53,869 bases of DNA from Bacillota bacterium. GTDB lineage: Bacteria; Bacillota; Clostridia; CAKSNL01; HGM11501. Below the pieces are notes generated by a model. The model was not told the DNA's origin and did no database searches. It worked only from the letters and a program-made list of their open reading frames with translations. Shown here one piece after another: positions 8,410-18,122 of this stretch. The number at the start of each line of letters is the position of its first letter. Positions within the stretch are counted from its first letter, which is position 1. The stretch spans positions 1-53,869 of the forward strand of contig JAUZPY010000002.1 of NCBI GenBank assembly GCA_030705805.1, read 5' to 3'. Both the position numbers and the translations under genes were made by a program.

Positions 8410-9528
8410 ATGGCAAGGATATTTCTTTCGTCTCCTCATATGGGTGGACGGGAAATGGGGTTCGTCAAAGAGGCGTTCGATACAAATTGGATTGCTCCTT
8501 TAGGTAAAAATGTAAACGAATTTGAAAGGGAAATGGCATCATACATAGGAATTGGACATGCGGCAGCATTGAGTGCAGGAACTGCGGCGCTTCATATGGG
8601 GTTAAAGGCTGCAGGAGTAAAACAGGGGGATATTGTTTTCTGCTCGGCTCTTACTTTTTCCGCAAGTGCTAATCCGATTATGTATGAAAAGGCCACTCCT
8701 ATTTTTATAGACAGCGAATATGAAACATGGAATATGAGCCCTAAAGCTTTGCGTAAAGCATTTAATAAATACCCAAACGTTAAAGCTGTGGTTGTTGTTG
8801 ATCTGTACGGACAAAGCGCAGACTGGGATGAGATACTTGATATATGTGGCGAACACAATGTACAGGTTATAGAAGATGCGGCTGAGGCATTGGGGTCTAC
8901 ATATAAAGGGAAAAAATGCGGCAGCTTTGGCAAGTATGGCATTTTGTCATTTAACGGCAATAAGATTATAACAACCTCCGGAGGAGGGATGCTTCTGTCT
9001 GATGATGAAGAAAGAATACAAAAAGTCAGATTTTGGTCAACCCAATCAAGAGAAAAAGCTAGGCATTATCAGCATGAGGAGCTGGGTTATAATTACCGTA
9101 TGAGCAACATTGTGGCAGGTATTGGCAGAGGTCAGATGTTTGTTTTAGACGATAGGGTTGCAAAGAAAAGAGAAATATTTGAAAAGTATAAAAAAGCATT
9201 TGAAGATATAGATGATATTGAAATGATGCCAAGATTTGAAAAAGGAGAGTCTAACTGCTGGCTTTCCTGTATGACAATAAAACAAAACAGCAAGGTTTCG
9301 CCCTTAGATATTATGATTGCACTGGAGAATTCTGATATAGAGTCCAGACCTATCTGGAAACCTATGAATTTGCAGCCATATTATAAAAAATATGATTTTA
9401 TTACAGAAAGCACACAAATTTCTGTTGCAGAGGACATTTTTAACCGCGGCGTATGCCTTCCCAGCGATACGAAGATAACCGAGGAAGATCAGCAAAGGGT
9501 AATTGATATAATAAAAAAATTATTTTAA
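8410..9528 (+). CDS. DegT/DnrJ/EryC1/StrS-family sugar aminotransferase, EpsN/PglE-like (4-aminotransferase of a UDP-4-keto-6-deoxy-HexNAc)
   Basis: The N-terminus IFLSSPHMGGREMGFVKEAFDTNWIAPLG closely resembles B. subtilis EpsN as I recall it. The PLP lysine sits in SFNGNKIITT. Confidence 0.8.
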   Translation: MARIFLSSPHMGGREMGFVKEAFDTNWIAPLGKNVNEFEREMASYIGIGHAAALSAGTAALHMGLKAAGVKQGDIVFCSALTFSASANPIMYEKATPIFIDSEYETWNMSPKALRKAFNKYPNVKAVVVVDLYGQSADWDEILDICGEHNVQVIEDAAEALGSTYKGKKCGSFGKYGILSFNGNKIITTSGGGMLLSDDEERIQKVRFWSTQSREKARHYQHEELGYNYRMSNIVAGIGRGQMFVLDDRVAKKREIFEKYKKAFEDIDDIEMMPRFEKGESNCWLSCMTIKQNSKVSPLDIMIALENSDIESRPIWKPMNLQPYYKKYDFITESTQISVAEDIFNRGVCLPSDTKITEEDQQRVIDIIKKLF

Positions 9529-9543
9529 ATTTTGGAGATCGCT

Positions 9544-10302
9544 ATGGATAATGAAAACTTATACGGAACTAAGGCTGTTCAAGTTGATCTTTTGGAAATG
9601 ATGAGCTATCTGCACAGCTTTTGTAAAGAACATGATATAAAATACACTCTTGGGGGAGGATCTCTTATCGGAGTTGTACGCCATGGTGGTTTTATACCAT
9701 GGGATGATGATATTGATCTGATGTTTGAACGGAAAGAGTATGATAAGTTTGTTACGCTGTTTGAACAATATGGTGATAAGCAGTATAAAATTATTAAAAA
9801 CATATGGCTTTCCTGTGTTACTTTTTTGGAGAATGTAAAACACAACAAGATAGAAAACATGACAAGATGTGTAGATTTATTTGTGTTTGACGATGTTCCC
9901 AAAGGAACTGCAACCAGAAGGTTTAAGATATTTTTCTTAAGGCTCTTGCAGGGAATGATAAAAGATAAGCCTGAGTATCAGAGTTATGGCTTTGCCGGAA
10001 AGATTCTTTCTTTTGCTACATGGGCTTTTGGGAGGCTTTTTACAAAAAAATTTAAACTCAAAATATATAACCGAATATCGCAGTGGGGAGAAAGCGGGTC
10101 CGGCTTTATAACTATATACAACGATTCCTTTAAAAATTTAAAAATTATTCATTCATCTACGATACTTGAGAGCTATAGTGAGATGCCATTTGACGGATTA
10201 ATGCTTTATGTGATGAGCGGAGCTCATAGGTATTTAGAAACCCGCTACGGAGATTATATGAAGCTGCCGCCTATAGAACAACGGATTCCCCAACATATAT
10301 AA
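9544..10302 (+). CDS. LicD-family phosphotransferase (phosphocholine / polyol-phosphate transferase family)
   Basis: GGSLIGVVRHGGFIPWDDDIDLMF signature. GGAG lies 6 nt before ATG 9544. The ORF-track TTG at 9532 is less likely. Confidence 0.8.
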   Translation: MDNENLYGTKAVQVDLLEMMSYLHSFCKEHDIKYTLGGGSLIGVVRHGGFIPWDDDIDLMFERKEYDKFVTLFEQYGDKQYKIIKNIWLSCVTFLENVKHNKIENMTRCVDLFVFDDVPKGTATRRFKIFFLRLLQGMIKDKPEYQSYGFAGKILSFATWAFGRLFTKKFKLKIYNRISQWGESGSGFITIYNDSFKNLKIIHSSTILESYSEMPFDGLMLYVMSGAHRYLETRYGDYMKLPPIEQRIPQHI

Positions 10303-10318
10303 GTACGGAGGAGAGAAA

Positions 10319-11026
10319 ATGATTTTTGCAGGAGTATTGGCGGGAGGCAAAGGAACAAGACTTGAAAGCTCAATTCCCAAACAATTTATTGAGATTGAAG
10401 GCATTCCGCTGATAGTAAGAACGCTAAAAACCTTTTTATCTGTAGAAAGCTTTAATAAAGTAATTGTGTCAATGAATAAAGACTGGGTGGATTATTGCCT
10501 GAATTTGTTTTCCGAATATGATATGCCCATGGATAGGTTGGAGGTTATTTTGGGAGGAGAAACGCGTTTTGAATCCCTTTATAATGTAACCTTAAAGGCG
10601 GCAAAGCTTAGCGGCGGAAAAGATGATATAATTGTCACCCATGACTGTGCAAGACTTTTTGTTTCGAAAAGAATTTTAGAGGACAATATAAGGGATATTG
10701 AAAATTACGATGCGGTGACGACTGCTATTCCTACAATTGATACTATACTGCATACTCCTGACGGCAAGGTGAGTACCGATGTTCCGGTCAGAAAAGAGCT
10801 GTGGCTTGACCAGGGCCCCCAGTCATATAAAGTGGCTCAGTTTTTGGAAATGGCGGACAAGCTTACTTCTATGGAACGTGAAAAATATATGGAAGCGGGC
10901 AAGCTTTACATTGATTCGGGACTTAAAGTCGGACTTGTTATGGGAGATCGATACAACTTCAAAATCACAAATGATATAGATTTAAAATATGCCGCATTTT
11001 TGTTGAGAGAGGGGGCGGTCCAGTGA
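10319..11026 (+). CDS. IspD/TarI-family cytidylyltransferase
   Basis: N-terminal FAGVLAGGKGTRLESSIPKQF nucleotide-binding signature. Size is ~235 aa. Confidence 0.8.
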   Translation: MIFAGVLAGGKGTRLESSIPKQFIEIEGIPLIVRTLKTFLSVESFNKVIVSMNKDWVDYCLNLFSEYDMPMDRLEVILGGETRFESLYNVTLKAAKLSGGKDDIIVTHDCARLFVSKRILEDNIRDIENYDAVTTAIPTIDTILHTPDGKVSTDVPVRKELWLDQGPQSYKVAQFLEMADKLTSMEREKYMEAGKLYIDSGLKVGLVMGDRYNFKITNDIDLKYAAFLLREGAVQ

Positions 11027-12066
11027 AATGTGTTGTGGTTGGCGACATATTCATAACGCCTGAAATGATGGAGAAAGCAATGGGCTTTTACCATGATAGA
11101 TTCAGAGAAGTAAAGAGCTTTTACTTCGGTAATAAAGACAGACAGAACATGCGAGATGTAGTAAAGACTATAGAAATGGGAGGCCCTTATTCCGTTAAGC
11201 CGCCGGACGGTGTATTGGAAGAACTGTCAGATGCTGATGTTTTAATGGTACACCTGTGTCCTGTAACCAAAGAGATGATACATGCGGCAAAAAAACTAAA
11301 GGTAATACTGTGTAACAGAGGCGGTATTGAAAATATAGACATTGATGAAGTAAACAGCTGTAAAATACCCATATTAACAAACCCGGCGCATAATGCAAAT
11401 GCTGTTGCGGAATACACGATCGGATTGATTTTTAACGAGCTCAGAAATATTTCCAGAGCTTATGTTTCGTTACGGGAGCACTGTTGGAGAGAACATTTCC
11501 CCAATTCGGAAAACATTAAAGAGCTTAAAAATATGACAGTCGGCATTATTGGCTACGGTGCGGTAGGGCGGCTGGTAACAGAAAAACTTCGTGGGTTTGA
11601 CTGCCGCGTTATCATATATGATCCTTATGTTGACAATGATGACGACAGCGGGAACCCTAATATTAGATTTGTACCTATGGATTATCTTTTGAGGGAATCT
11701 GACATTGTTACAATGCATGCTCGTTCTGTAAATAAAAAGCCTATAATAGGCGAAAAAGAATTAAAGCTTATGAAGGACGATGCATATCTTATAAATACTT
11801 CCCGTTCCTATATGCTTGATATGGATGCACTTTATACTGCATTAAAAAATAATTGGATTAAGGGTGCTGCCGTAGATGTTTTCCCGGTTGAGCCTTTGCA
11901 AAAAGATGAGCCTCTACTTACACTGGATAATATTACATTGACAAACCATAGAGGCGGCGATACCTTGAATGCGTATTCCGATAGTCCGCTGATGATGCTT
12001 AGGGAAGCTGAAAAATTATTTGAAAACGAAACGCCAAGATATTGGTACAATAAAAATATGATTTGA
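11023..12066 (+). CDS. D-isomer-specific 2-hydroxyacid dehydrogenase family protein
   Basis: The GTG start overlaps the upstream stop (GTGA). NAD fold GIIGYGAVGRLV ... YDP. Catalytic R/E/H context NTSRS, VDVFPVEP, LTNHRGG. Confidence 0.8.
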   Translation: MKCVVVGDIFITPEMMEKAMGFYHDRFREVKSFYFGNKDRQNMRDVVKTIEMGGPYSVKPPDGVLEELSDADVLMVHLCPVTKEMIHAAKKLKVILCNRGGIENIDIDEVNSCKIPILTNPAHNANAVAEYTIGLIFNELRNISRAYVSLREHCWREHFPNSENIKELKNMTVGIIGYGAVGRLVTEKLRGFDCRVIIYDPYVDNDDDSGNPNIRFVPMDYLLRESDIVTMHARSVNKKPIIGEKELKLMKDDAYLINTSRSYMLDMDALYTALKNNWIKGAAVDVFPVEPLQKDEPLLTLDNITLTNHRGGDTLNAYSDSPLMMLREAEKLFENETPRYWYNKNMI

Positions 12067-12376
12067 TTGTAATGTAAGCTATTTAAGAAGAAAGTGTGCT
12101 AAAGAAGCAAAAATATCTTAAGTAAATAGATGCAATGCCTATTCTGCTTTTTAGAAGCTGATTTAAGCAGATAAAAACTCTGCTTTTATGTGAGAAGTTT
12201 TTAGGTAGAAGCTTATTTTTAAAGGAGTATAAGCCTCAAGGCTAAAAGATTATCATAAAATGTTAATACGGGAATTATACGAATCCGTCTCCGGCGGGAA
12301 TAGAGTTAGTTTTGTAATACCAATGAAAACGGAAAGCGTATGAAACCTTGAATGATATAAAAAAGGACGAATATAT

Positions 12377-13015
12377 ATGTACCGGAAATTTTTTAAAAGA
12401 TTAATTGACATAATCTGCGCTCTTTTGGCGGTATTGGTGTTTTCCCCTCTGTACATACTTGTAGCACTTCTTGTTCGTATAAAACTTGGATCACCCATAT
12501 TGTTTAAACAGGAACGCCCGGGGCTAAATGAAAAAATTTTTAAACTTTATAAGTTTCGAACCATGACCGATTCAAGGGATGAATCCGGAAATCTGCTTTC
12601 CGACGAAATTAGAATGACTTCTTTTGGCAGGCTGCTGCGGGCTACGAGCTTAGATGAGCTACCGGAGGCTTTTAATATTTTAAAAGGTGACATGAGCGTT
12701 GTTGGACCAAGGCCGCTGTTGCCCGAATATTTACCTTACTATAATGAAATGGAAAAACATAGACATGATGTTAGGCCTGGCTTAACAGGGCTTGCGCAGA
12801 TAAATGGAAGAATTGAAATCAGTTGGGAAGAAAGGTTTTATTATGATCTTGAATATCTTAAAGGTATTACATTTATAAGCGATTGCAAAATTATAGTTTT
12901 AACCTGTTGGAAGGCTTTTGTAAAACATGAAGGAGTAGGACAAACCGGGGAGGCTCCTGAAAGTTTACATATTATTAGGCAGGAGCAAAGTCAAAAGATA
13001 GAATATAAAGCATGA
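12377..13015 (+). CDS. Small monotopic phosphoglycosyl transferase (PglC / EpsL / WbaP-C-terminal type), priming enzyme
   Basis: KRLIDIICALLAVLVFSPLYILVAL re-entrant helix, KFRTM, and LDELPEAFNILKGDMSVVGPRP. Confidence 0.88.
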   Translation: MYRKFFKRLIDIICALLAVLVFSPLYILVALLVRIKLGSPILFKQERPGLNEKIFKLYKFRTMTDSRDESGNLLSDEIRMTSFGRLLRATSLDELPEAFNILKGDMSVVGPRPLLPEYLPYYNEMEKHRHDVRPGLTGLAQINGRIEISWEERFYYDLEYLKGITFISDCKIIVLTCWKAFVKHEGVGQTGEAPESLHIIRQEQSQKIEYKA

Positions 13016-13096
13016 ACGAAAGTTGTTTTCGACATTAAAGATATACTAAGAGGAAATACAATATTATTAATGTAAAAAATTTTAGGGCGTGATAAA

Positions 13097-14146
13097 TTGA
13101 AGTTGCAAATAATATCTATAGATCAGTCAGACAGATGGGATAACATAGTAAAATCATTTAAAGACTATGATGTTTATTATTTAAGTGGATATGTTAAGGC
13201 GTTTGAACTTCACGGTGATGGTGAGCCGATGCTTTTTTATTTTGATAATGGAAGCACAAGAGCTATAAATGTTGCCATGAAACGTGATATTGCAAAAGAT
13301 GAAAATTTTGTTGGAAAAATACCCGAAAACACATATTTTGATTTATCAACACCTTATGGCTATGGCGGTTTTATTATAGAAGGTGATGATATTAAATCTT
13401 TAAACGATTCTTACGGTGAATATTGCCAGAAAAATAATATAATATCAGAATTTGTGAGGTTTAATCCGGTCATTAATAATTGCAGAAATGCAGCAGAAAC
13501 ATATGAAACTGTATGTTTGGGTAATACCGTATGCATAGATACTACAAATGATGATATTATCTGGGATAATTTTATCAGCCAGAACAGAAATAAAATTAGA
13601 AAAGCAAAAAAATCAGGGCTTAAGGTTTTTTGGGGAAGAGATGAATGGTTAATCGATGAATTTATTAAAATATATAATGAGACTATGAAAAGAGATAACG
13701 CTACCAGTTATTATTATTTTAATAAAGAATTTTATCAAAGCGTGTTTAATGATTTAAAATATAACTCAATGTTTTTTTATACAAAATTAAATGATGAAAT
13801 TATTGCTATCTCTATTATTATGTATTGTAATAATAAAATGCATTATCATCTTTCGGCTTCAAAAAAAGAATATCAACACTTAGCACCAACAAATTTACTT
13901 CTTTATGAATGTGCTTGCTTTGGAGCAAGTATTGGCTTTAAAAGCTTACATCTTGGCGGTGGCGTTGGTTGTAAAGATGATAGCTTGTATATATTTAAAA
14001 AAGGGTTTAATCGTAATGGTGATAAAGAATTTTATATTGGAAAAAAAATATTCAATAGCGATTTGTATGAGCATTTATTGAAAATAAGAGAAAGTGAAGC
14101 TTCCTTTAATCGAGAAACATCATTCTTTCCGGCTTACAGAGGCTGA
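13097..14146 (+). CDS. FemAB-like / GNAT-fold acyl- or aminoacyl-transferase
   Basis: TTG start. The two-lobed size (~350 aa), STPYGYGG, the HYHLSAS...APTNLLLYE block and the LHLGGG tail resemble FemAB-related GNAT proteins. Assignment by eye. Confidence 0.5.
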   Translation: MKLQIISIDQSDRWDNIVKSFKDYDVYYLSGYVKAFELHGDGEPMLFYFDNGSTRAINVAMKRDIAKDENFVGKIPENTYFDLSTPYGYGGFIIEGDDIKSLNDSYGEYCQKNNIISEFVRFNPVINNCRNAAETYETVCLGNTVCIDTTNDDIIWDNFISQNRNKIRKAKKSGLKVFWGRDEWLIDEFIKIYNETMKRDNATSYYYFNKEFYQSVFNDLKYNSMFFYTKLNDEIIAISIIMYCNNKMHYHLSASKKEYQHLAPTNLLLYECACFGASIGFKSLHLGGGVGCKDDSLYIFKKGFNRNGDKEFYIGKKIFNSDLYEHLLKIRESEASFNRETSFFPAYRG

Positions 14147-14349
14147 ACAGAAATAAACATATGAAAACAGGTGTGTATTTTGTAAGAGAGCCAAAAAGAA
14201 AGTAAAAAGGTTGAACACGAAATCATTTTATGGGAATCCATGGTGACAGGCATAATAGCTTGCGGAAAACTTTCAAACTTGGCATAAAGTATTTATTTTA
14301 AAAATCCCAGGCAGATTTAAAAGAAATACGGATAAAAGGAGAAGAATAG

Positions 14350-15615
14350 ATGGGGAAAGATATATGGATTTGCAATCATCACGCTACAAATACGATGCTT
14401 TTGAAGAGTGGGCGCCATCACTGGCTGGCTAAAGAGCTTAGAAAAAACGGATATAACCCTACAATTTTTACGGCCAGCTCAAAACATTATAATGAAGGAA
14501 TTGATCTTGGCAATAAACTTTATATGGAAAATGAAAGTGATGGAAACAGGTATGTTGTTGTAAAAACCAATAATTATAACGGCAATGGATTTCAAAGAGT
14601 AAAAAGTATGCTTGTCTTTGCAACAAATCTGGTGAGGACAGGTAAAAAATATGCTAAGATTAATGGCACGCCTGATGTCATAATAGGTTCTTCGGTTCAT
14701 CCTTTTACTTGCGTGGCAGCTATTAAGCTTGCAAGGCGGTTTAAATGCAAGTGTATTTGTGAAATAAGAGATTTGTGGCCGGAATCAATTATTGCATATA
14801 AAGTATCTTCCCCAAACAGCTTGGGTGTAAAGGCCTTGTACAAGCTTGAAAAGTGGATTTATACTAATGCTGACAGACTTATTTTTACCATGGAAGGCGG
14901 AAAGGATTACATAATTAAACAAGGCTGGGATAAGGAGGATGGAGGACCTGTTGATTTAAAAAAGGTTTTTTATGTTAACAACGGAGTGGATTTAGAGTCA
15001 TATGTTGAGTATAAAAAAACAAACACCTTTGAAGATGAAGATTTGGATGATAAGGAAGCGTATAAAATAATTTATACAGGAAGTCTCGGGGATTCGGATA
15101 AGAGTATATGGAACTTAATTGAAGCGGCAGACCTGATGAATAATGATCCGGATTTTGAGAAATGCAGGATTTTAATATACGGAAAAGGTGACCAGGAACA
15201 AAAAATGAAGGATCTCTGCAAGGAGAGAGAGCTTAATAATATATCCTTTAAAGGATTGGTAAATCGTAAGTTTATTCCATATGTTCTATCTAAATGCGAT
15301 TTAAATATTTTAAACTGTGATGACTGCAGTATTATTGAAAAGTACGGAGGGAGCCAGAATAAGCTTTCCGAATATATAGCCAGCGGACACCCTATTATTA
15401 CAGGTGAGAGCGGAAAATACTGCATCGTTGCAAACTATAAAATAGGGATGTCTGTTGAAGATATTACTCCAAAACGCTTATGTGAGGCAATTAAAGAACT
15501 AAAAGATATGAGTTCGGAGCAAAAGGAAGAAATGAAAAAAGCTTTAGATTATGCTACTAATGAATTTTCATGGAAAACTCTTGCAGGGAAAGTAATAGAT
15601 ATTATAGAAAATTAA
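14350..15615 (+). CDS. Glycosyltransferase family 4 (WbuB-like)
   Basis: The N-terminus IWICNHHATN...GRHHWLAKEL is typical of WbuB-type GT4 enzymes. C-terminal GT-B fold. Confidence 0.75.
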   Translation: MGKDIWICNHHATNTMLLKSGRHHWLAKELRKNGYNPTIFTASSKHYNEGIDLGNKLYMENESDGNRYVVVKTNNYNGNGFQRVKSMLVFATNLVRTGKKYAKINGTPDVIIGSSVHPFTCVAAIKLARRFKCKCICEIRDLWPESIIAYKVSSPNSLGVKALYKLEKWIYTNADRLIFTMEGGKDYIIKQGWDKEDGGPVDLKKVFYVNNGVDLESYVEYKKTNTFEDEDLDDKEAYKIIYTGSLGDSDKSIWNLIEAADLMNNDPDFEKCRILIYGKGDQEQKMKDLCKERELNNISFKGLVNRKFIPYVLSKCDLNILNCDDCSIIEKYGGSQNKLSEYIASGHPIITGESGKYCIVANYKIGMSVEDITPKRLCEAIKELKDMSSEQKEEMKKALDYATNEFSWKTLAGKVIDIIEN

Positions 15616-15678
15616 TTAGACTTTGAAATTAATCATTGGCTATATAAACTATATTTGAGTAAAGAACAGGGGCAAAAA

Positions 15679-16788
15679 ATGAAAATTTTACACTTAACAA
15701 ACGGATATTTTCATACCACCCTTTACCGGGAGCTGTTAAAACACCTTAAGGAATCAGATTCTGAAATTGAACCGGAAACAGTTGTTCTTTCGGGAAAAGA
15801 TGAGAAAAATGAGCCTGAAGCAGGAGTTCACGATATAAAGCTTTTTAATAAATATGATAGATATTTTTATTTTCATAAGCAAAGGAAATCTTTCAGAGCT
15901 GTAAAAAAGGTAACAAACCTTGGGGATATCAATTTAGTTCATGCTCATTTCCTTTTTACCAACGGAGGAGTAGCGCTAAGAATAAAAAAGCAGTATAAAG
16001 TGCCTTATATAGTTGCAGTGAGAAATACCGATGTAAATGTGTTTTTTAAAAAGCTGAAACATCTAAGAGCCTATGGAGTAAAAATTATGGAGCAGGCAGA
16101 AAAAATAATTTTTCTTTCTGAGGCGTATCAAGATGCAGTGCTTGAGACATATGTACCTTTACAAAAAAGAGAAGATATCAGATCGAAATGCGAGGTAATA
16201 CCGAACGGTATAGACCAATTCTGGCTTGACAATAAAAACATTCATACAAGAGATGACGACAGTAAAAAAATCAATATTGTATTTGCGGGCCGAATAGATG
16301 AAAATAAAAATTGTATGGCTGCTGTTTTCGCTTGTGAAAAGCTGATTGAAAAAGGCTATGATGTTCATTATACAGCAGTAGGAAATGTTTCTTCCAAGGA
16401 GATATTTGATAGTATTAAGGCAAAACCTTTCACTGAATGTTTACCTCCTAAAAGCAAGGAGGAACTGATAGAATTATATAAGAATCAGGATATATTTTTG
16501 ATGCCCTCAAAGCACGAAACTTTCGGTTTATCTTATGCTGAAGCCATGACTCAAGGGCTTCCCGTAATTTACACAAGAGGTCAGGGCTTTGATAAGCAGT
16601 TTCCTGAAGGAACAGTGGGATATAGCGTAGATTGCTTAGACAGTGATGAGATAGCGGAAAAAATTCTTAAGATTCTATCAGGTTTCAATGAAATGAGCAG
16701 CAGATGCGCTGAAAACAGCGGAAAGTTTGACTGGGATATAATTTCTAAAAAATACATTAAAATATATGACGTCAATAAAAGAATTTAG
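15679..16788 (+). CDS. Glycosyltransferase family 4
   Basis: ATG 15679 (MKILHLTNGY). EX7E-type motif ETFGLSYAEAMTQGLPVI. Confidence 0.8.
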   Translation: MKILHLTNGYFHTTLYRELLKHLKESDSEIEPETVVLSGKDEKNEPEAGVHDIKLFNKYDRYFYFHKQRKSFRAVKKVTNLGDINLVHAHFLFTNGGVALRIKKQYKVPYIVAVRNTDVNVFFKKLKHLRAYGVKIMEQAEKIIFLSEAYQDAVLETYVPLQKREDIRSKCEVIPNGIDQFWLDNKNIHTRDDDSKKINIVFAGRIDENKNCMAAVFACEKLIEKGYDVHYTAVGNVSSKEIFDSIKAKPFTECLPPKSKEELIELYKNQDIFLMPSKHETFGLSYAEAMTQGLPVIYTRGQGFDKQFPEGTVGYSVDCLDSDEIAEKILKILSGFNEMSSRCAENSGKFDWDIISKKYIKIYDVNKRI

Positions 16789-16807
16789 GATTGAGGGGTA
16801 ATCTAAG

Positions 16808-18121
16808 ATGAAACAAATGCTATTAAATAGGATTGAAAAGAAAGAAATTGTGTGCGGAGTAGTTGGCCTTGGCTATGTTGGGCTTCCTTTAGCAGTTGAA
16901 AAGGCAAAGGCTGGCTTTAAGACTATTGGCTTTGACGTACAGTCACAGAAGGTTGATATGGTAAATACCGGCAAGAACTATATCGGCGACGTAGTGGATG
17001 CCGACCTGGAGAAAATAGTCAAAGATGGAATGCTTTCCGCTACAACAGACTTTTCATTTGTAAAAGACGTTGATTTTATAGCAATTTGTGTTCCTACACC
17101 TCTGGACAAGCACCAGGAACCTGACATCAGCTATGTAAGAGATTCCTCGATAGCAGTTTCGAAATACCTAAAAAAAGGAACAATGGTTGTCCTTGAATCC
17201 ACTACTTATCCGGGCACTACCGAAGAGCTTATTAAGCCGATTTTAGAAGAAGGATCAGGATTAAAGTGCGGAGTGGATTTTTATTTGGGCTTTTCGCCTG
17301 AACGTGTTGATCCGGGCAATCTTATATATAAAACAAAAAATACGCCTAAGGTTGTCGGCGCTATCGGGCAGGACGCAACCGAGGTCATTGCTGCAATGTA
17401 CCGTGCAGTTCTTGAAGGAGATGTTCATACGGTTTCTTCTCCTGCCATTGCAGAAATGGAGAAGATACTGGAAAATACATATAGAAATATAAATATCGGC
17501 TTGGTTAATGAGCTTGCTATATTATGTAACCGCATGGGTATATCCATGTGGGAGGTTATTGAAGCAGCAAAGACAAAACCTTACGGATTCCAGGCCTTTT
17601 ATCCGGGCCCGGGACTGGGAGGACATTGTATTCCTCTTGACCCTTACTATTTAACATGGAAAGCTCGTGAATATGGATTCCATACGTCAATGATCGAAGC
17701 TTCTATGATGATAAATGATAAGATGCCTGAATACTGTGTTGACAGAGCGGCAAAAGTGTTAAACGGATTTAAGAAGGCTATGAACGGAGCAAAGGTTTTG
17801 GTTTTAGGAGTTGCATATAAGCAGGACATTGACGATTACCGTGAAAGTCCCGCTATCCGTGTTATCGAAGTGCTTTTAAAAGAGGGCGCAGATGTTACAT
17901 ATTTTGATCCTTGGGTAAAGACCTTCAGAGAGGGAGAACTTACCATGAACAGCATCCCAAGTCTTACGGGGGAAGTGTTGGAGGAATCCGACCTGGTTAT
18001 GGTTACAGCTGCCCATACAAATGTGGACTACGAATTCGTTCAGAAACATGCAAAGGCCATATTTGATACTAAGAATGTATTAAAGAATATAAAAAACAGA
18101 GAAAATATAGAGGTGCTTTAA
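16808..18121 (+). CDS. UDP-N-acetylhexosamine 6-dehydrogenase (WbpA / WecC family)
   Basis: VCGVVGLGYVGLPLA Rossmann start and GGHCIPLDP catalytic cysteine motif. WbpA versus WecC specificity cannot be decided by eye. Confidence 0.85.
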   Translation: MKQMLLNRIEKKEIVCGVVGLGYVGLPLAVEKAKAGFKTIGFDVQSQKVDMVNTGKNYIGDVVDADLEKIVKDGMLSATTDFSFVKDVDFIAICVPTPLDKHQEPDISYVRDSSIAVSKYLKKGTMVVLESTTYPGTTEELIKPILEEGSGLKCGVDFYLGFSPERVDPGNLIYKTKNTPKVVGAIGQDATEVIAAMYRAVLEGDVHTVSSPAIAEMEKILENTYRNINIGLVNELAILCNRMGISMWEVIEAAKTKPYGFQAFYPGPGLGGHCIPLDPYYLTWKAREYGFHTSMIEASMMINDKMPEYCVDRAAKVLNGFKKAMNGAKVLVLGVAYKQDIDDYRESPAIRVIEVLLKEGADVTYFDPWVKTFREGELTMNSIPSLTGEVLEESDLVMVTAAHTNVDYEFVQKHAKAIFDTKNVLKNIKNRENIEVL

Positions 18122-18122
18122 T

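Noticed and set aside
10779-10979. 66-aa same-strand alternative-frame ORF inside the cytidylyltransferase gene
   Set aside because: It is wholly embedded in a gene with clear family motifs. No independent signals.
12120-12200. Alternative short hairpins (CTGCTT / AAGCAG / CTGCTT) between the dehydrogenase and PGT genes, as a possible attenuator
   Set aside because: The stems are only 6 bp and the T-tract is weak. Indistinguishable from chance in AT-rich spacer DNA without comparative data.
12253-12498. 81-aa minus-strand ORF upstream of and overlapping the PGT gene
   Set aside because: It overlaps the well-supported PGT start on the opposite strand. No RBS and no recognisable motif.
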